DNA of 64,000 bases from Candidatus Melainabacteria bacterium 17Bon1m (GCA_032128875.1 JAVLKG010000004.1:704405-768404), one strand, 5' to 3'. Shown: positions 19,634 through 30,243, counted from the first letter of the stretch. Translations and numbers: made by a program. Notes: a model not told the origin generated them from the sequence alone.

Positions 19634-21754
19634 ATGAAAGAGGAAGAGACGACAGACAAAGACTCGCCGGTCGAAATTGACCAGGAGAATTTAGGCAGCG
19701 ATACAGAACGAACAGTTGGTATCGAGACGACTGGCGCACTCGAACTCAAACCAGGTCAAATAGTTGCAGGACGCTTTAAGGTCTTGGAAGAAATTGGACG
19801 TGGTGGCATGGGCGTTGTCTATAAAGTAGATCAATTCGCATTATCCAGACTGCTGGCCTTAAAGACGATGGATGCCACCGACATTACTGATTCGACCTGG
19901 CGCCGATTTCAGCAAGAAGCGAGAGCAACTAGTCTGCTGGATCATCCCAATCTGATCAGCGTCCACGATTTTGGATTGATTGACGACAAGCATCCATATT
20001 TTGTTATGGACCTTGTTGAAGGCACCACCTTAGCAAAACGAATAGAGCAGGCCGGACCTCTTTCAGTGCAGGAAGCGCTGCCCCTCATGATCCAGGTGTG
20101 CTTCGGGCTCGCTCATGCGCATGATGTCGGAATTATCCATCGCGACATAAAACCGTCCAACATCATGCTCTGCAAAACAGAAATGGGCACTGCCAATACC
20201 ACGGTCAAAATAGTAGATTTCGGTATTGCAAAATTACACACTAACGAAGCGGCGGAGACACAAGGTTTAACCCGAACGGGAGAAATCTTCGGTAGTCCTT
20301 TGTATATGAGTCCAGAGCAATGCCTCGGTCTGCCGGTCGATCACAGGAGCGATATCTACGCTTTCGGTTGTGTTTTCTTCGAGACTCTGACAGGTGTTCC
20401 ACCCTTCCAGGGGAATACAGCACTGTCTACGATGATGAAGCATCAAACTGAAACACCAGCAACACTGAAAGAGGTCACTTTAGGAAAGGAATTCCCGGAA
20501 GCGATCGAAAAGCTCATCTCCAGGCTACTCTCCAAAGACCCAGGCCAACGCTATCAATCTCTAAAAGCAGTAGCAAGAGATCTGAGTTTGCTTCAGCAAG
20601 GTGTATCGGCGCAGACATTTGCCGGTGTTTCACAAGCCGAGCAAAAGACAGGATTAGCCAGAACAATCCCGGTCTATTACCTTGTTATCGCGAGTTTGGC
20701 GTCCGCACTACTCTCAGGATTTTTCTTCTGGACTTTGAGAGGAAACATAGATGCGGAAGTATACAGCGGGCAAGGGAGAGCCAAAGAGTTTATGCCGCCG
20801 GTGCATGTTCCGGAAGTGGTCGACACGCGCCGAGATCCGGCTTTTACTTCCATTGAAACAATCAACGGAGTGCGTTGCCGAAAGTTCGACTTGCCGCGTG
20901 GGTTTGGCAAATACTCGATAATCGGCAGCGGTTCTGACCATGAGATCAGCGGACCATTCTATGTGCCTCTGGCGCAGGAAATTATTCTAAAAATCAAAGA
21001 TCTAGTGAATGTAGCGAGTCCAAGTTTCTTCGCTAGATTTAGATCCGACGATGTTTCCATGATCGACATATCGAACAACCTCAACGTATCCGACACCACT
21101 TTCGAACATCTCAGCAATCTCAAAACTCTGAGATATATCTACGCGACAAATATTGATATAACAAACAAAGTAATCGACGAATTCAACAGAATGCCCCATC
21201 TCAAGGCGGTCTACATTGACGGCACACAGATAAGGCAAAACGGACTCGTAGACTATAAGTATTTGAGAAATTGTGAAGAGCTGGGAATTGGACGTGTTGG
21301 TCCAGTCTACAAAGTGCTGAAAAAACTTCAGGGTTCTCCGGCTGTTCAGGTTTTGAGTTTGGACGATAGCGAGCTCACAGATGAACAACTTAAGATTGTT
21401 GCCACGCTGCCAAATCTGTGGCACTTAAATATCGAACACAATCGAAAGATTACTAATCAAGGCTTCAAAAATCTTCTGCCTCTCAAAAAGCTGAGGTTGC
21501 TCTATATTGCCGGCAGTAACATCACTCCCGAAATCATCCCTGAAATAAAGAAAATGCCAAGTTTGAAAACCCTTCTGGTTTATCCGGACCGCTGGAGCAG
21601 CAAGGATAGTAAGAGGCTTAAGTCTGAGTACGATGTAAACATGCAGGTGGATGAGAATGACTGGAAGTTATACAGCGGGCAGAAACAACACGTAGAAGTA
21701 GATATGGACGACGTAAAGCGTCTATACGACAAAAACCCAATTAAGAAGAAATAG
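19634..21754 (+). CDS. Hanks-type Ser/Thr protein kinase with TM helix and C-terminal LRRs
   Basis: IGRGGMG, HRDIKPSN, DFG, GSPLYMSPE; TM YYLVIASLASALLSGFFFW; LRRs. ATG 19634 preferred because it gives an N-terminus comparable to the paralogs (track start 19472). Confidence 0.93.
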   Translation: MKEEETTDKDSPVEIDQENLGSDTERTVGIETTGALELKPGQIVAGRFKVLEEIGRGGMGVVYKVDQFALSRLLALKTMDATDITDSTWRRFQQEARATSLLDHPNLISVHDFGLIDDKHPYFVMDLVEGTTLAKRIEQAGPLSVQEALPLMIQVCFGLAHAHDVGIIHRDIKPSNIMLCKTEMGTANTTVKIVDFGIAKLHTNEAAETQGLTRTGEIFGSPLYMSPEQCLGLPVDHRSDIYAFGCVFFETLTGVPPFQGNTALSTMMKHQTETPATLKEVTLGKEFPEAIEKLISRLLSKDPGQRYQSLKAVARDLSLLQQGVSAQTFAGVSQAEQKTGLARTIPVYYLVIASLASALLSGFFFWTLRGNIDAEVYSGQGRAKEFMPPVHVPEVVDTRRDPAFTSIETINGVRCRKFDLPRGFGKYSIIGSGSDHEISGPFYVPLAQEIILKIKDLVNVASPSFFARFRSDDVSMIDISNNLNVSDTTFEHLSNLKTLRYIYATNIDITNKVIDEFNRMPHLKAVYIDGTQIRQNGLVDYKYLRNCEELGIGRVGPVYKVLKKLQGSPAVQVLSLDDSELTDEQLKIVATLPNLWHLNIEHNRKITNQGFKNLLPLKKLRLLYIAGSNITPEIIPEIKKMPSLKTLLVYPDRWSSKDSKRLKSEYDVNMQVDENDWKLYSGQKQHVEVDMDDVKRLYDKNPIKKK

Positions 21755-21853
21755 TTCGCTAATCAGATACAAAGTACACTTGTCATCAACGGAATGACAA
21801 GTGCTCGTTTTTGGTACTATACCTCCTTTGCGGGATGCGGGAGGCCGGTTTCC

Positions 21854-23464
21854 ATGAAGCGGGTTCAATTCGAACAGTTGAGCAAGTTTGCCAAATCAAT
21901 TTTGCTCGCTTACACAGTTGTATTTTTTGCACCATTCGCGGTGCAAGCAGAAGATTCTTTGGCAAGACCTGTAACGCATATTGCCGACAACAGAGAACCG
22001 GTTATCGAGCATCCCGACCAATCTACACAGGCCAGCGAAAAGTTAGCGGCTTTGGAAAAGAAGTTCAAAAAGAAGCCGAACATACTTGTCTTTCTCATGG
22101 ACGACGTCGGCTGGGGAGATCCGGGCTGCTATGGTGGCGGTCTGGCATCAGGAGCTCCCACGGAGAATATCGATCGCCTGGCACGTGAAGGCTTGCGACT
22201 AACATCTTGTTACGCACAACCATCATGCTCACCGACCCGCGCCACCATCATGACGGGCAGGCTGCCTATGCGTCATGGAATTCTCAGACCACCAATGTAC
22301 GGAGAGCCCGGCGGACTGCAAGGTGAAGTAACTCTTGCTCAAGTCCTATCCAAAGCAGGCTACACAACCCAAGCTGTCGGCAAATGGCACATGGGTGAAA
22401 ACAGAGAGTCACAACCTCAAAATGTCGGTTTCGACGATTTCTACGGTTTTCTTGGTGTCTCGGATGTTTACACAGAATGGCGCGATCCTTACTTCTACCC
22501 GGAGATTGTGAGCAGCCCAGCAAGAACAAAAATTGTCGAAAACTCTGCCTTCAATAAATGCCTGGTCCGCTCGAAAAAGGGTGGAGAATTGGAAAACGTC
22601 GAAGAAATCACGATTCCAGTTTGCTCAACGCTCGACGAAAAATGGGCTAACTATTCAGTCGATTTTCTAAAACAACAAGCCAAGTCGGACAAGCCTTTCT
22701 TCCTTTATCACTGCACCCGTGGCTGCCATTTCGACAACTATCCAAATGAGAAATTCAAAGGCAAGTCTCCCGCTCGCCATCCTTTTAAGGATGTTCTCGT
22801 AGAAATAGATGATGTGCTTGGCCGCTTGGTAAAAACGCTGGAAGAAACCGGACAACTCGATAACACGCTGATTTTTGTCACATCAGACAACGGACCGGAA
22901 ATGGAAACATGGCCGGACGCAGGCTATACGCCATTCCGTGGTGCCAAGGGCAACACATGGGAAGGCGGAATGCGAGTACCCGGCATCGCTTACTGGCGCG
23001 GTGTCATCACACCTGGTCGCACATCAGATGGACTATTTGACCTATCCGATATCTTCACGACGAGCTGCTCACTTGCAGGGGTCCCGAATGATATTCCGAA
23101 GGATCGTTATATAGATGGTGTCGATCAAACGTCATTTTTGATTTCCCCTAACGGTGATTCGAATCGAAAGTTTGAATACTATTGGCTGATGAAAACCCTC
23201 TCGGCCGTTCGCATCGGCGAGTTCAAATTCTTTAGAGCCGCATCGACAACAGCCGCAGATGACGTTCAAAATGTTGGAGGGTTTTCCGGAGTTGCCGAAA
23301 CCTATTCATATGGCAAGATGTTCAATCTTTATCTTGATCCCAAAGAAACTCACAGCTACTTGATAAGAAAACTTGTCTACAACGAAGTTTTCCAGAACGC
23401 TCTTAGGAAACACGCAGACACATTCAAGAAATATCCGCCCAAGATTTCAGTTTCGGTGGAATAA
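21854..23464 (+). CDS. aslA: Arylsulfatase, AslA-like, Cys-type
   Basis: KPNILVFLMDDVGW, CSPTR (C-x-P-x-R), PPMYG.PGGL, GKWHMGEN.ESQPQNVGFDDF, TRGCHFDNYPN, TSDNGP, PFRGAKG.TWEGG; signal peptide. These blocks closely match E. coli AslA as recalled. Confidence 0.88.
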   Translation: MKRVQFEQLSKFAKSILLAYTVVFFAPFAVQAEDSLARPVTHIADNREPVIEHPDQSTQASEKLAALEKKFKKKPNILVFLMDDVGWGDPGCYGGGLASGAPTENIDRLAREGLRLTSCYAQPSCSPTRATIMTGRLPMRHGILRPPMYGEPGGLQGEVTLAQVLSKAGYTTQAVGKWHMGENRESQPQNVGFDDFYGFLGVSDVYTEWRDPYFYPEIVSSPARTKIVENSAFNKCLVRSKKGGELENVEEITIPVCSTLDEKWANYSVDFLKQQAKSDKPFFLYHCTRGCHFDNYPNEKFKGKSPARHPFKDVLVEIDDVLGRLVKTLEETGQLDNTLIFVTSDNGPEMETWPDAGYTPFRGAKGNTWEGGMRVPGIAYWRGVITPGRTSDGLFDLSDIFTTSCSLAGVPNDIPKDRYIDGVDQTSFLISPNGDSNRKFEYYWLMKTLSAVRIGEFKFFRAASTTAADDVQNVGGFSGVAETYSYGKMFNLYLDPKETHSYLIRKLVYNEVFQNALRKHADTFKKYPPKISVSVE

Positions 23465-23469
23465 AATTC

Positions 23470-25335
23470 GTGCTGCCGAAATGTGTGACTGAGGTGAAAC
23501 GGTGGGCGTTTTTTTCAATTCGCCCTAGTTTTATCTGCATAATTTGTCTGTTGTGCCTGATTGGGCTCTATATTTTGGCGCCGCTAAATGCGTTTGCACA
23601 AAACACACAACAAAACCAGCAGGAGCCGATTCCGTTAAGGGGTTTGGATCCTGCTCCTGCCACAACTCAAACAAGTCCGCCTGTGGTGCCGTCACAAACA
23701 CCCGGTTATTCCGTAGCTCCGGGACAACCTGTGATGAATCGCGACCCCAACAATATTTCACCGGACAAACCTGGCGACAAGAAGGAAGATCTTCCCCTCA
23801 AAACGCCTCTCGATGAAATTCGCTTTCGCTCGATTGAAAGCAGCGGGACAATATTTGTCGATCCGGAAAAAATTGCGGTGAAAGCGCCCGTGCTCAGCGC
23901 GCTGATAACCCTCAATTCCAAGATGTCACCCTATCAATTAGAAGCTGGCACCGCACGCGAGATGGGACTAAAAGAGACACTCTTAACCGCGCTCGGAAAT
24001 AACCTGGACATAAAAATTGTCAGTTCCGAAACAGGCGAGCGGAAATGGCAATACTTCAGCAATTTGGCAAACTTCCTGCCTAGCCTGGAGAACTCGATTA
24101 CATTTCAAGGACTGAAAGGATCGATCGCAAACCCCGCCGGCGTTGCTCTTCCTTTGACAAATCCATTTTTGACCCTGCAGTCCGGATTTACTCAACCCAT
24201 TTTCACTGGTGGACGACTTCTCTACACTGCGCTGCAAACAAAACATCAGTACAAAGCATCTCAGTTTGCATTGAAGGGAAGCACTAATGATGTGCTCCTT
24301 CAAGCCACTGATCTTTACTATAAGCTCCTCGAAGAAGAAGTTTTGCTGCAGATTCGCATCAAGGCTCTGGAAGTATCCGATGGCTTGGTTGAACTCAACC
24401 AAGACCTTTATGAAGGCGGCGTCGTCACGAAGCTCGATGTTTTACAGGCTAGAACACAAAGGTCTAAAGATCGTCAGCAGCTGATCAATCAACAGGTAGA
24501 CAGGCGAAAAGCTGCTGTAAATCTGGCAACTTCTTTGAATATGAATACCAACATGGACTTGAGCGCCGCCGACCGCATGGTGTCGAAAACACGTTTGGTT
24601 GATGATACTGTCGAAATCGGAGATTTGTTGCGCGTGGCCGTGGACAACAGACCCGAATTGAAAATGTTTGACGAATTACGCATAGCAGCAAAAGACGCAA
24701 TCAAAGTTGCACGCGCATCTCTTCTCCCGCAAGTGAATTTCACGGGTGCCGTACTCGGTACAGGCAGTAAGGTTTCGCAAGGGGCAGAGAGTTCTTCAAT
24801 CTTCACCAGCGTTCTTTCGGGTGGCGGGGTCGCGGCGCCAATTTCCGGTTCATCGATCCCACTTTCTGGCGGCGGGCAAGAAGGTGCCAAACAGTTTGTC
24901 ACTAAAGCACTTTTCTTTCTTGGCGTTGAAGTAAGCCTGCCTCTCAAAGGGCTTGGTCTAACAGATGTAGCCAACATTCAAGCCGCTCGCTATCAAGCAC
25001 GGCGCGTGCAAAACGAATTTTCTCGAGCGCTCACCAAGGTCTATCAGGAAGTAAGAAACAGCTATTTGGATTGCATGGACGCCGAAAATCTGATCAAAGA
25101 AACCACCGATCAAGTCAACTCATCAGAAGAGCAATTATCGGTTGCCGAATACAGGCTGCGAAATGGCGTAGGCACAAATCTCGATGTCATCAATGCCCAA
25201 CGCGATTACACAAACGCGCTCGTCGATAAGGCAAAGGCGATCATCAAGTTCAACACTGCCGAAGCAAAACTTCTGCACGCCACCGGTCGAATTACAGTCG
25301 ATACGCTCACAAGCGCGACACCGATGAGGAGATAG
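23470..25335 (+). CDS. TolC-family outer-membrane efflux protein
   Basis: Two OEP repeats (AL.NNLDI, LDVLQA, AVDNRPEL, ARASLLPQV, GVGTNLDVINAQ). Confidence 0.9.
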   Translation: MLPKCVTEVKRWAFFSIRPSFICIICLLCLIGLYILAPLNAFAQNTQQNQQEPIPLRGLDPAPATTQTSPPVVPSQTPGYSVAPGQPVMNRDPNNISPDKPGDKKEDLPLKTPLDEIRFRSIESSGTIFVDPEKIAVKAPVLSALITLNSKMSPYQLEAGTAREMGLKETLLTALGNNLDIKIVSSETGERKWQYFSNLANFLPSLENSITFQGLKGSIANPAGVALPLTNPFLTLQSGFTQPIFTGGRLLYTALQTKHQYKASQFALKGSTNDVLLQATDLYYKLLEEEVLLQIRIKALEVSDGLVELNQDLYEGGVVTKLDVLQARTQRSKDRQQLINQQVDRRKAAVNLATSLNMNTNMDLSAADRMVSKTRLVDDTVEIGDLLRVAVDNRPELKMFDELRIAAKDAIKVARASLLPQVNFTGAVLGTGSKVSQGAESSSIFTSVLSGGGVAAPISGSSIPLSGGGQEGAKQFVTKALFFLGVEVSLPLKGLGLTDVANIQAARYQARRVQNEFSRALTKVYQEVRNSYLDCMDAENLIKETTDQVNSSEEQLSVAEYRLRNGVGTNLDVINAQRDYTNALVDKAKAIIKFNTAEAKLLHATGRITVDTLTSATPMRR

Positions 25336-25340
25336 CCTGC

Positions 25341-28300
25341 ATGTGGATCGTCCAACTAGCGCTAAAACAACCTCACACGTTTATCGTGATGGCGCTGCTC
25401 ATTTTCCTATTCGGTTTTATCTCAGTAAAGCAGATGCCGGTCGACATTTTTCCGAACATCGACGAGCCGATTGTGAGCTGCGTGTGGACTTACACTGGCA
25501 TGCAGCCCGATGATATCGAGAACTTGCTGACGACTGTAACTGAGCGCGCTCTAACATCCACTGTCAAAGATATCCAACACATGGAATCGATGTCGCTGAG
25601 CGGGATGAGCATCATCAAGATCTTCTTGCACCAGGGTGGAAACATCGCTGAGGCTGTGGCGCAGGTAGCGTCGACTGGCAACGCAATTATGAAACAATTG
25701 CCGCCAAATATCACGCCACCGCTGGTAACTCAGTCGTCCGCGACTGATGTTCCGGTACTTCAGCTAGTTGTTGGCAGTAAAAAACTAGGAGAAGCAGAGC
25801 TTTTCGACTGCGCCAATTCATTTATACGTATTCAACTTGCAGTTGTGCAAGGAGCCACCATTCCCTATCCCAACGGTGGCAAATACCGGCAAGTTATGAT
25901 CGACCTCAATCCGGACTCGCTGGCCGGCTACGGACTGACGCCTTACGATATCGTCCAGGCTGTTAACAAACAAAGCATCATTGCCCCCTCGGGCACAGCC
26001 AAGATGGGAAGCATCGAGTACATCGTTTCCCTCAATAACATGCCAAAGCTTATTGACACACTCAATGACATACCGTTAAAACACGTCAAGGGTGCGACGG
26101 TTTATCTGAAAGATGTGGCATTTGTCCACGACGGCTTTCAGCCGCAGCTGAATATTGTTAATTTGAACAACAGCCGCGCCGTCATTATGAGCATTTTGAA
26201 AAACGGCAATGCCTCGACCCTTGCTGTCGTCAATCAGGTCAAAGGATTGATGAATCAGATAAGGGCATCTGTTCCCAAATCTGTAACCGTAGATATCCTG
26301 ACCGACCAATCAAAATTCGTGGTTGAGTGCGTCAAAGAAGTCTTCCAAGAAGCAATTACAGCAGCAAGTCTGACGGCGATCCTTATGCTGGCTATTTTGG
26401 GCAGCTGGCGCAGTACGTTGATTGTTATTACATCTATCCCTCTTTCGATATTTGTCTCCATCATCTGCCTCCACATTACCGGCAATACAATCAATTCCAT
26501 GACACTGGGCGGACTGGCTCTCGCAGTCGGTATGCTGGTTGACGACGCCACCGTTGAAATCGAAAACGTACACCGCCAGATGGATATGGGCAAGAAAATA
26601 GAACAAGCTATTTTGGACGGGGCACAGGAAGTCGCGCTGCCGGCGATGGTTTCAACCGTTTCTATCTGCATTGTATTTTTGCCTGTATTCCTCTTGCCCG
26701 AACCAGCGAAATCGTTGTTTGTGCCGCTGGGCATGGCTGTTTCCTTTGCCATGCTTGCATCCTACGGTTTGTCGAGAACAATCGTTCCTCTAATGTCAAA
26801 GGCGTTATTCAAATCAGAAGAACATGCCGCCGGAGAGAAGAAAGAGGAGTCGCACAGTTTCTTCGGAAAAATCCACAAATTTATCGATACCAACTTCGAT
26901 AGGTTGCGCGATATCTATCACGGTTTCCTCGGAACCGCACTGGACCACAGAGGGATAGTCATCCTCGGATTTATCGGCTTCTACGCTCTTTCCTTCTGCC
27001 TGCTGCCGCTCATAGGCAGAGAGTTCTTCCCGACAATCGATGCTGGTCAAATCCGCTTGCACGTCAATGCACCACCAGGTACGCGCGTTGAAGTCACAGA
27101 GAGAATTTTCCGTGGGGTAGAAAACCAAATCAGAAAAATCATTCCTGCCGACGAAATCGTCGTTATGACGGACAATATCGGCATGGCTGTCAGCGCTGTC
27201 AACTACGCATTTTCGGACTCTCAAACCATCAGTGAAGCAGATGGAGAAATTCTCTTGACCTTGACTGAAGAACGAAAGCATCCGACTGTTTACTATCAAC
27301 GAAAAATCCGCGAAATGATGACGCGAGATTTCCCGCAGTGCGACTACTATTTCCAACCTGCCGACATCATCACCCAAATTTTGAACGCCGGTCTGCCTTC
27401 GCCAATCGATATTAAAATTGTCGGTTTCAATAAAGAGAAGAATTTTGAGATCGCAAAACAAATCAAGCGCAAAGTGGAAAACGTTGAGGGCGCGGTTGAT
27501 GTTTGCTTGCACCAAGTGATGAACGCGCCAAGGTTTTTCTTTGAAGTAGATAGAACCCGCGCGAATCAGCTAGGACTCAACCAGAAGGACATCTCTAACT
27601 CTCTGCTAGTTTCCCTAAGTTCGAGCTTTCAGGTTGCGCCTAACTTTTGGCTTAATCGCAACAACGGTGTTTCCTACAACCTGGCTGCACAAACTCCGCA
27701 ATACAGAATTAGTAGCATCGGCGACTTGTTTAATACACCAGTGGCAACCAGCCAGTCCAACTACGGACAAGACACAGCTCAGTTGCTTTCCAACGTAGCC
27801 AAGCCGGTCAGACAGTTCACCCCCGCTGTCGTCAACCACTACAACGTTGCGCCCGTATACGACGTGTACGCCGCCTGCCAGGGAAAAGATCTAGGTTCTG
27901 TCAGCGATGACATTCAAAAGATCGTCGATGGTTTCCAAAAAGAATTGCCGCGCGGAACGCGGGTTGTCGTCGCCGGACAAGTGCTCAGCATGAAGCTCGC
28001 ATTTTACTGGCTGCTTATTGGTCTTGCAGGAGCGCTCGTACTTGTCTATTTACTGCTGGTTGTGAACTACCAGTCATGGTCAGATCCGCTGATTATCTTG
28101 ATGGCGGTTCCGGGTGCACTATCTGGCATTCTATGGAGTCTGTACGTGACGCAAACAAATTTCAGCGTCCCCGCGCTGATGGGGACAATCATGACCATAG
28201 GTGTCGCCTCAGCAAATAGTATTTTGATGGTCACCTTCTGTAATGAGCAATTGCGGGAGGGCAAGACCGCCAGAGAAGCAGCGCATACTGCTGGTCATCA

Positions 28301-28526
28301 GCGTTTTCGCCCGGTAAGCATGACGGCTCTGGCAATGATTATTGGGATGATACCAATGGCTTCGAGCGCTGGACAAAACGCACCGATTGGACGTGCCGTG
28401 ATCGGCGGCCTCACAATCGCCACTTTCTCAACATTGTTTTTTGTACCGCTGATCTTTTCTCACTTGAGACAGAACAGCAAATTGAATTGGCCGCCAAAAC
28501 ATCCAGAGCAAACAACGGAAAGTTAG
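25341..28526 (+). CDS. RND efflux transporter permease (AcrB/AcrD/AcrF family)
   Basis: 1061 aa; MPVDIFPNID.P, LAVGMLVDDA, FFPTIDAGQ, NSILMV, RFRPVSMT, PIGRAVIGGL. Confidence 0.95.
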   Translation: MWIVQLALKQPHTFIVMALLIFLFGFISVKQMPVDIFPNIDEPIVSCVWTYTGMQPDDIENLLTTVTERALTSTVKDIQHMESMSLSGMSIIKIFLHQGGNIAEAVAQVASTGNAIMKQLPPNITPPLVTQSSATDVPVLQLVVGSKKLGEAELFDCANSFIRIQLAVVQGATIPYPNGGKYRQVMIDLNPDSLAGYGLTPYDIVQAVNKQSIIAPSGTAKMGSIEYIVSLNNMPKLIDTLNDIPLKHVKGATVYLKDVAFVHDGFQPQLNIVNLNNSRAVIMSILKNGNASTLAVVNQVKGLMNQIRASVPKSVTVDILTDQSKFVVECVKEVFQEAITAASLTAILMLAILGSWRSTLIVITSIPLSIFVSIICLHITGNTINSMTLGGLALAVGMLVDDATVEIENVHRQMDMGKKIEQAILDGAQEVALPAMVSTVSICIVFLPVFLLPEPAKSLFVPLGMAVSFAMLASYGLSRTIVPLMSKALFKSEEHAAGEKKEESHSFFGKIHKFIDTNFDRLRDIYHGFLGTALDHRGIVILGFIGFYALSFCLLPLIGREFFPTIDAGQIRLHVNAPPGTRVEVTERIFRGVENQIRKIIPADEIVVMTDNIGMAVSAVNYAFSDSQTISEADGEILLTLTEERKHPTVYYQRKIREMMTRDFPQCDYYFQPADIITQILNAGLPSPIDIKIVGFNKEKNFEIAKQIKRKVENVEGAVDVCLHQVMNAPRFFFEVDRTRANQLGLNQKDISNSLLVSLSSSFQVAPNFWLNRNNGVSYNLAAQTPQYRISSIGDLFNTPVATSQSNYGQDTAQLLSNVAKPVRQFTPAVVNHYNVAPVYDVYAACQGKDLGSVSDDIQKIVDGFQKELPRGTRVVVAGQVLSMKLAFYWLLIGLAGALVLVYLLLVVNYQSWSDPLIILMAVPGALSGILWSLYVTQTNFSVPALMGTIMTIGVASANSILMVTFCNEQLREGKTAREAAHTAGHQRFRPVSMTALAMIIGMIPMASSAGQNAPIGRAVIGGLTIATFSTLFFVPLIFSHLRQNSKLNWPPKHPEQTTES

Positions 28527-29876
28527 ATGATGCACACCACAAGACAGAGAAATAGAAACTCTCGCAAGCCGCACGGCAAGATGAATTTGGTCGTGATCCT
28601 CATAATTGTCGCCGCGGTTTTTGCGGGACTTTTCCTGATTGGCTTTCTTCCTCGAATGGAGAACAAAAAGGATCTCAAAAAAACTCACGAGGTTACTGTC
28701 GGTAGCGTTCCTATCGTGCAAACCGTCATCGCAAAACGAGCACCATTGAAAGAGGAGGGAAATCTCCCGGGCAATATCAGCGCGATACAATATGTCACCA
28801 TCAACGCCCGAGTGGACGGTTACCTCAAAAGCAGATTGGTCGACATAGGCGATTGGGTAAAACGTGGACAGTTGCTTGCCGAAATCGATACGCCCACAAT
28901 CGACCAGGAGCTTAACCAAGCAAAAGCAGATCTAGCGGAAAGCGAGTCGCAGCTTGAAAGCGCAAAGGCAAAACTCAAGGAAGCAATTGCACAAGATGTA
29001 GCGGCGAAAGCAAACATTCTAAAGTCGCAGGCCAACGAAGAATTTGCGCACATAACTTCCGACCGCTGGATCGCGATGGCAACCAAGGGTGCTGTCAGCC
29101 TTCAGAGTCGTGATGAGAGAGTGCGACAGTACAAAGATGCGGTCGCACAACTGCAAGTTTCCATTGCACAAGAGAAAGCCAGCCAAGCTGCAGTTAATTC
29201 TGCGGAAGCCGAAGTTGGTGTTTCGAAATCGTTGGTTGCAGCAAAGACGGCTAGCGTTGCTCGAATCGCAGCGCAACAGAATTTCAAAAGAGTGGTGGCA
29301 CCATTTGATGGCGTAATCACATTGAGAAAAGTCGATCCCGGTTCGCTGATCAGCTCGGGAAGCCAAATGCCGACGCTAGAACTCTTTCAACTGGCAAAGA
29401 TCGATACGCTGAGAATCTACGTAAACGTGCCTCAAACTTTTGCGAGATTTTTATTGTCCGGGCAGAAAGCTGAAGTATTCGTGCCTGAGATGCCTGACAA
29501 GATTTTTGAAGGAACAGTCACCAACATTGCAGGCGCCCTCGACCCTTCAACCAGAACTCGTCAAACAGAAGTGCGCATAGACAATAAGAACCACGAGCTA
29601 TTGCCCGGCATGTACGCGCAGGTGCGGGTCACCGTCAAACGCGATGAAGAATGGATTACTGTTCCTGGCACAGCGTTGGTTCCGAAAGGCGACGGCACTT
29701 ATGTCGCCGTGGTCAAAGATGACTGCGTACACTTCAACAAAATTGAAATCGGTAGAGACTTCGGTGACTCCGTAGAAGTAAAACGCGGTCTTGCTGGAGG
29801 CGAAACTGTCATCGTCAGCCCACCTATAGATTTAATCGATGGAGAGAAAGTGAAGCCATCCCCGCTTGCTGATTAA
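28527..29876 (+). CDS. RND efflux periplasmic adaptor (membrane fusion protein)
   Basis: N-terminal anchor, INARVDGYL...VDIGD.VK.GQLLAEID.P, coiled coil, VAPFDGVIT, LLPGMYAQV. Confidence 0.93.
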   Translation: MMHTTRQRNRNSRKPHGKMNLVVILIIVAAVFAGLFLIGFLPRMENKKDLKKTHEVTVGSVPIVQTVIAKRAPLKEEGNLPGNISAIQYVTINARVDGYLKSRLVDIGDWVKRGQLLAEIDTPTIDQELNQAKADLAESESQLESAKAKLKEAIAQDVAAKANILKSQANEEFAHITSDRWIAMATKGAVSLQSRDERVRQYKDAVAQLQVSIAQEKASQAAVNSAEAEVGVSKSLVAAKTASVARIAAQQNFKRVVAPFDGVITLRKVDPGSLISSGSQMPTLELFQLAKIDTLRIYVNVPQTFARFLLSGQKAEVFVPEMPDKIFEGTVTNIAGALDPSTRTRQTEVRIDNKNHELLPGMYAQVRVTVKRDEEWITVPGTALVPKGDGTYVAVVKDDCVHFNKIEIGRDFGDSVEVKRGLAGGETVIVSPPIDLIDGEKVKPSPLAD

Positions 29877-29880
29877 AGCA

Positions 29881-30129
29881 CTAAGCAGATTTTTCGTTCA
29901 AACGCTCCATCACCCACATTCGGACCATGGTTCCAACTGGCAGTCCGAGCTTATTTGCCTCTTCATATAGGCGATCCATAATCTCAGGTTCGATGCGGAA
30001 CTGCACTAAGGCCTCTTTGTTCACGCGAATGGTAGCCTCTTTCCTAATTTTCTCAATTCTTTTTTTGTCCATCAACTTCATCTCAGCGGTAATGTTTCGT
30101 TGCATCCATTCCATTAAAGACGTGTTCAT
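29881..30129 (-). CDS. CopG/ribbon-helix-helix antitoxin (BrnA-like)
   Basis: C-terminal VQFRIEPEIMDRL.EEA.KLGLP.GTMVRMWVMERL is a typical RHH antitoxin tail; ATGA overlap with the upstream toxin-like fragment. Confidence 0.7.
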   Translation of the reverse strand: MNTSLMEWMQRNITAEMKLMDKKRIEKIRKEATIRVNKEALVQFRIEPEIMDRLYEEANKLGLPVGTMVRMWVMERLNEKSA

Positions 30130-30218
30130 CCGGTCAGATTGCGGCTATCAAGCACCTGGTCTACTTCTTCTTGCGTCACTCTGTGTTTGCTAAGGTTCCC
30201 CTCATCGAAAGTGATCAT
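30126..30218 (-). pseudogene. Truncated BrnT-like toxin (30 aa)
   Basis: MITFDEGNLSKHRVTQEEVDQVL resembles the BrnT N-terminus (WD..N..KHGV..EE...V), then stops after 30 codons. Confidence 0.6.
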
Positions 30219-30243
30219 TGCTGGAAAAGCTCCCGCGTATGCG

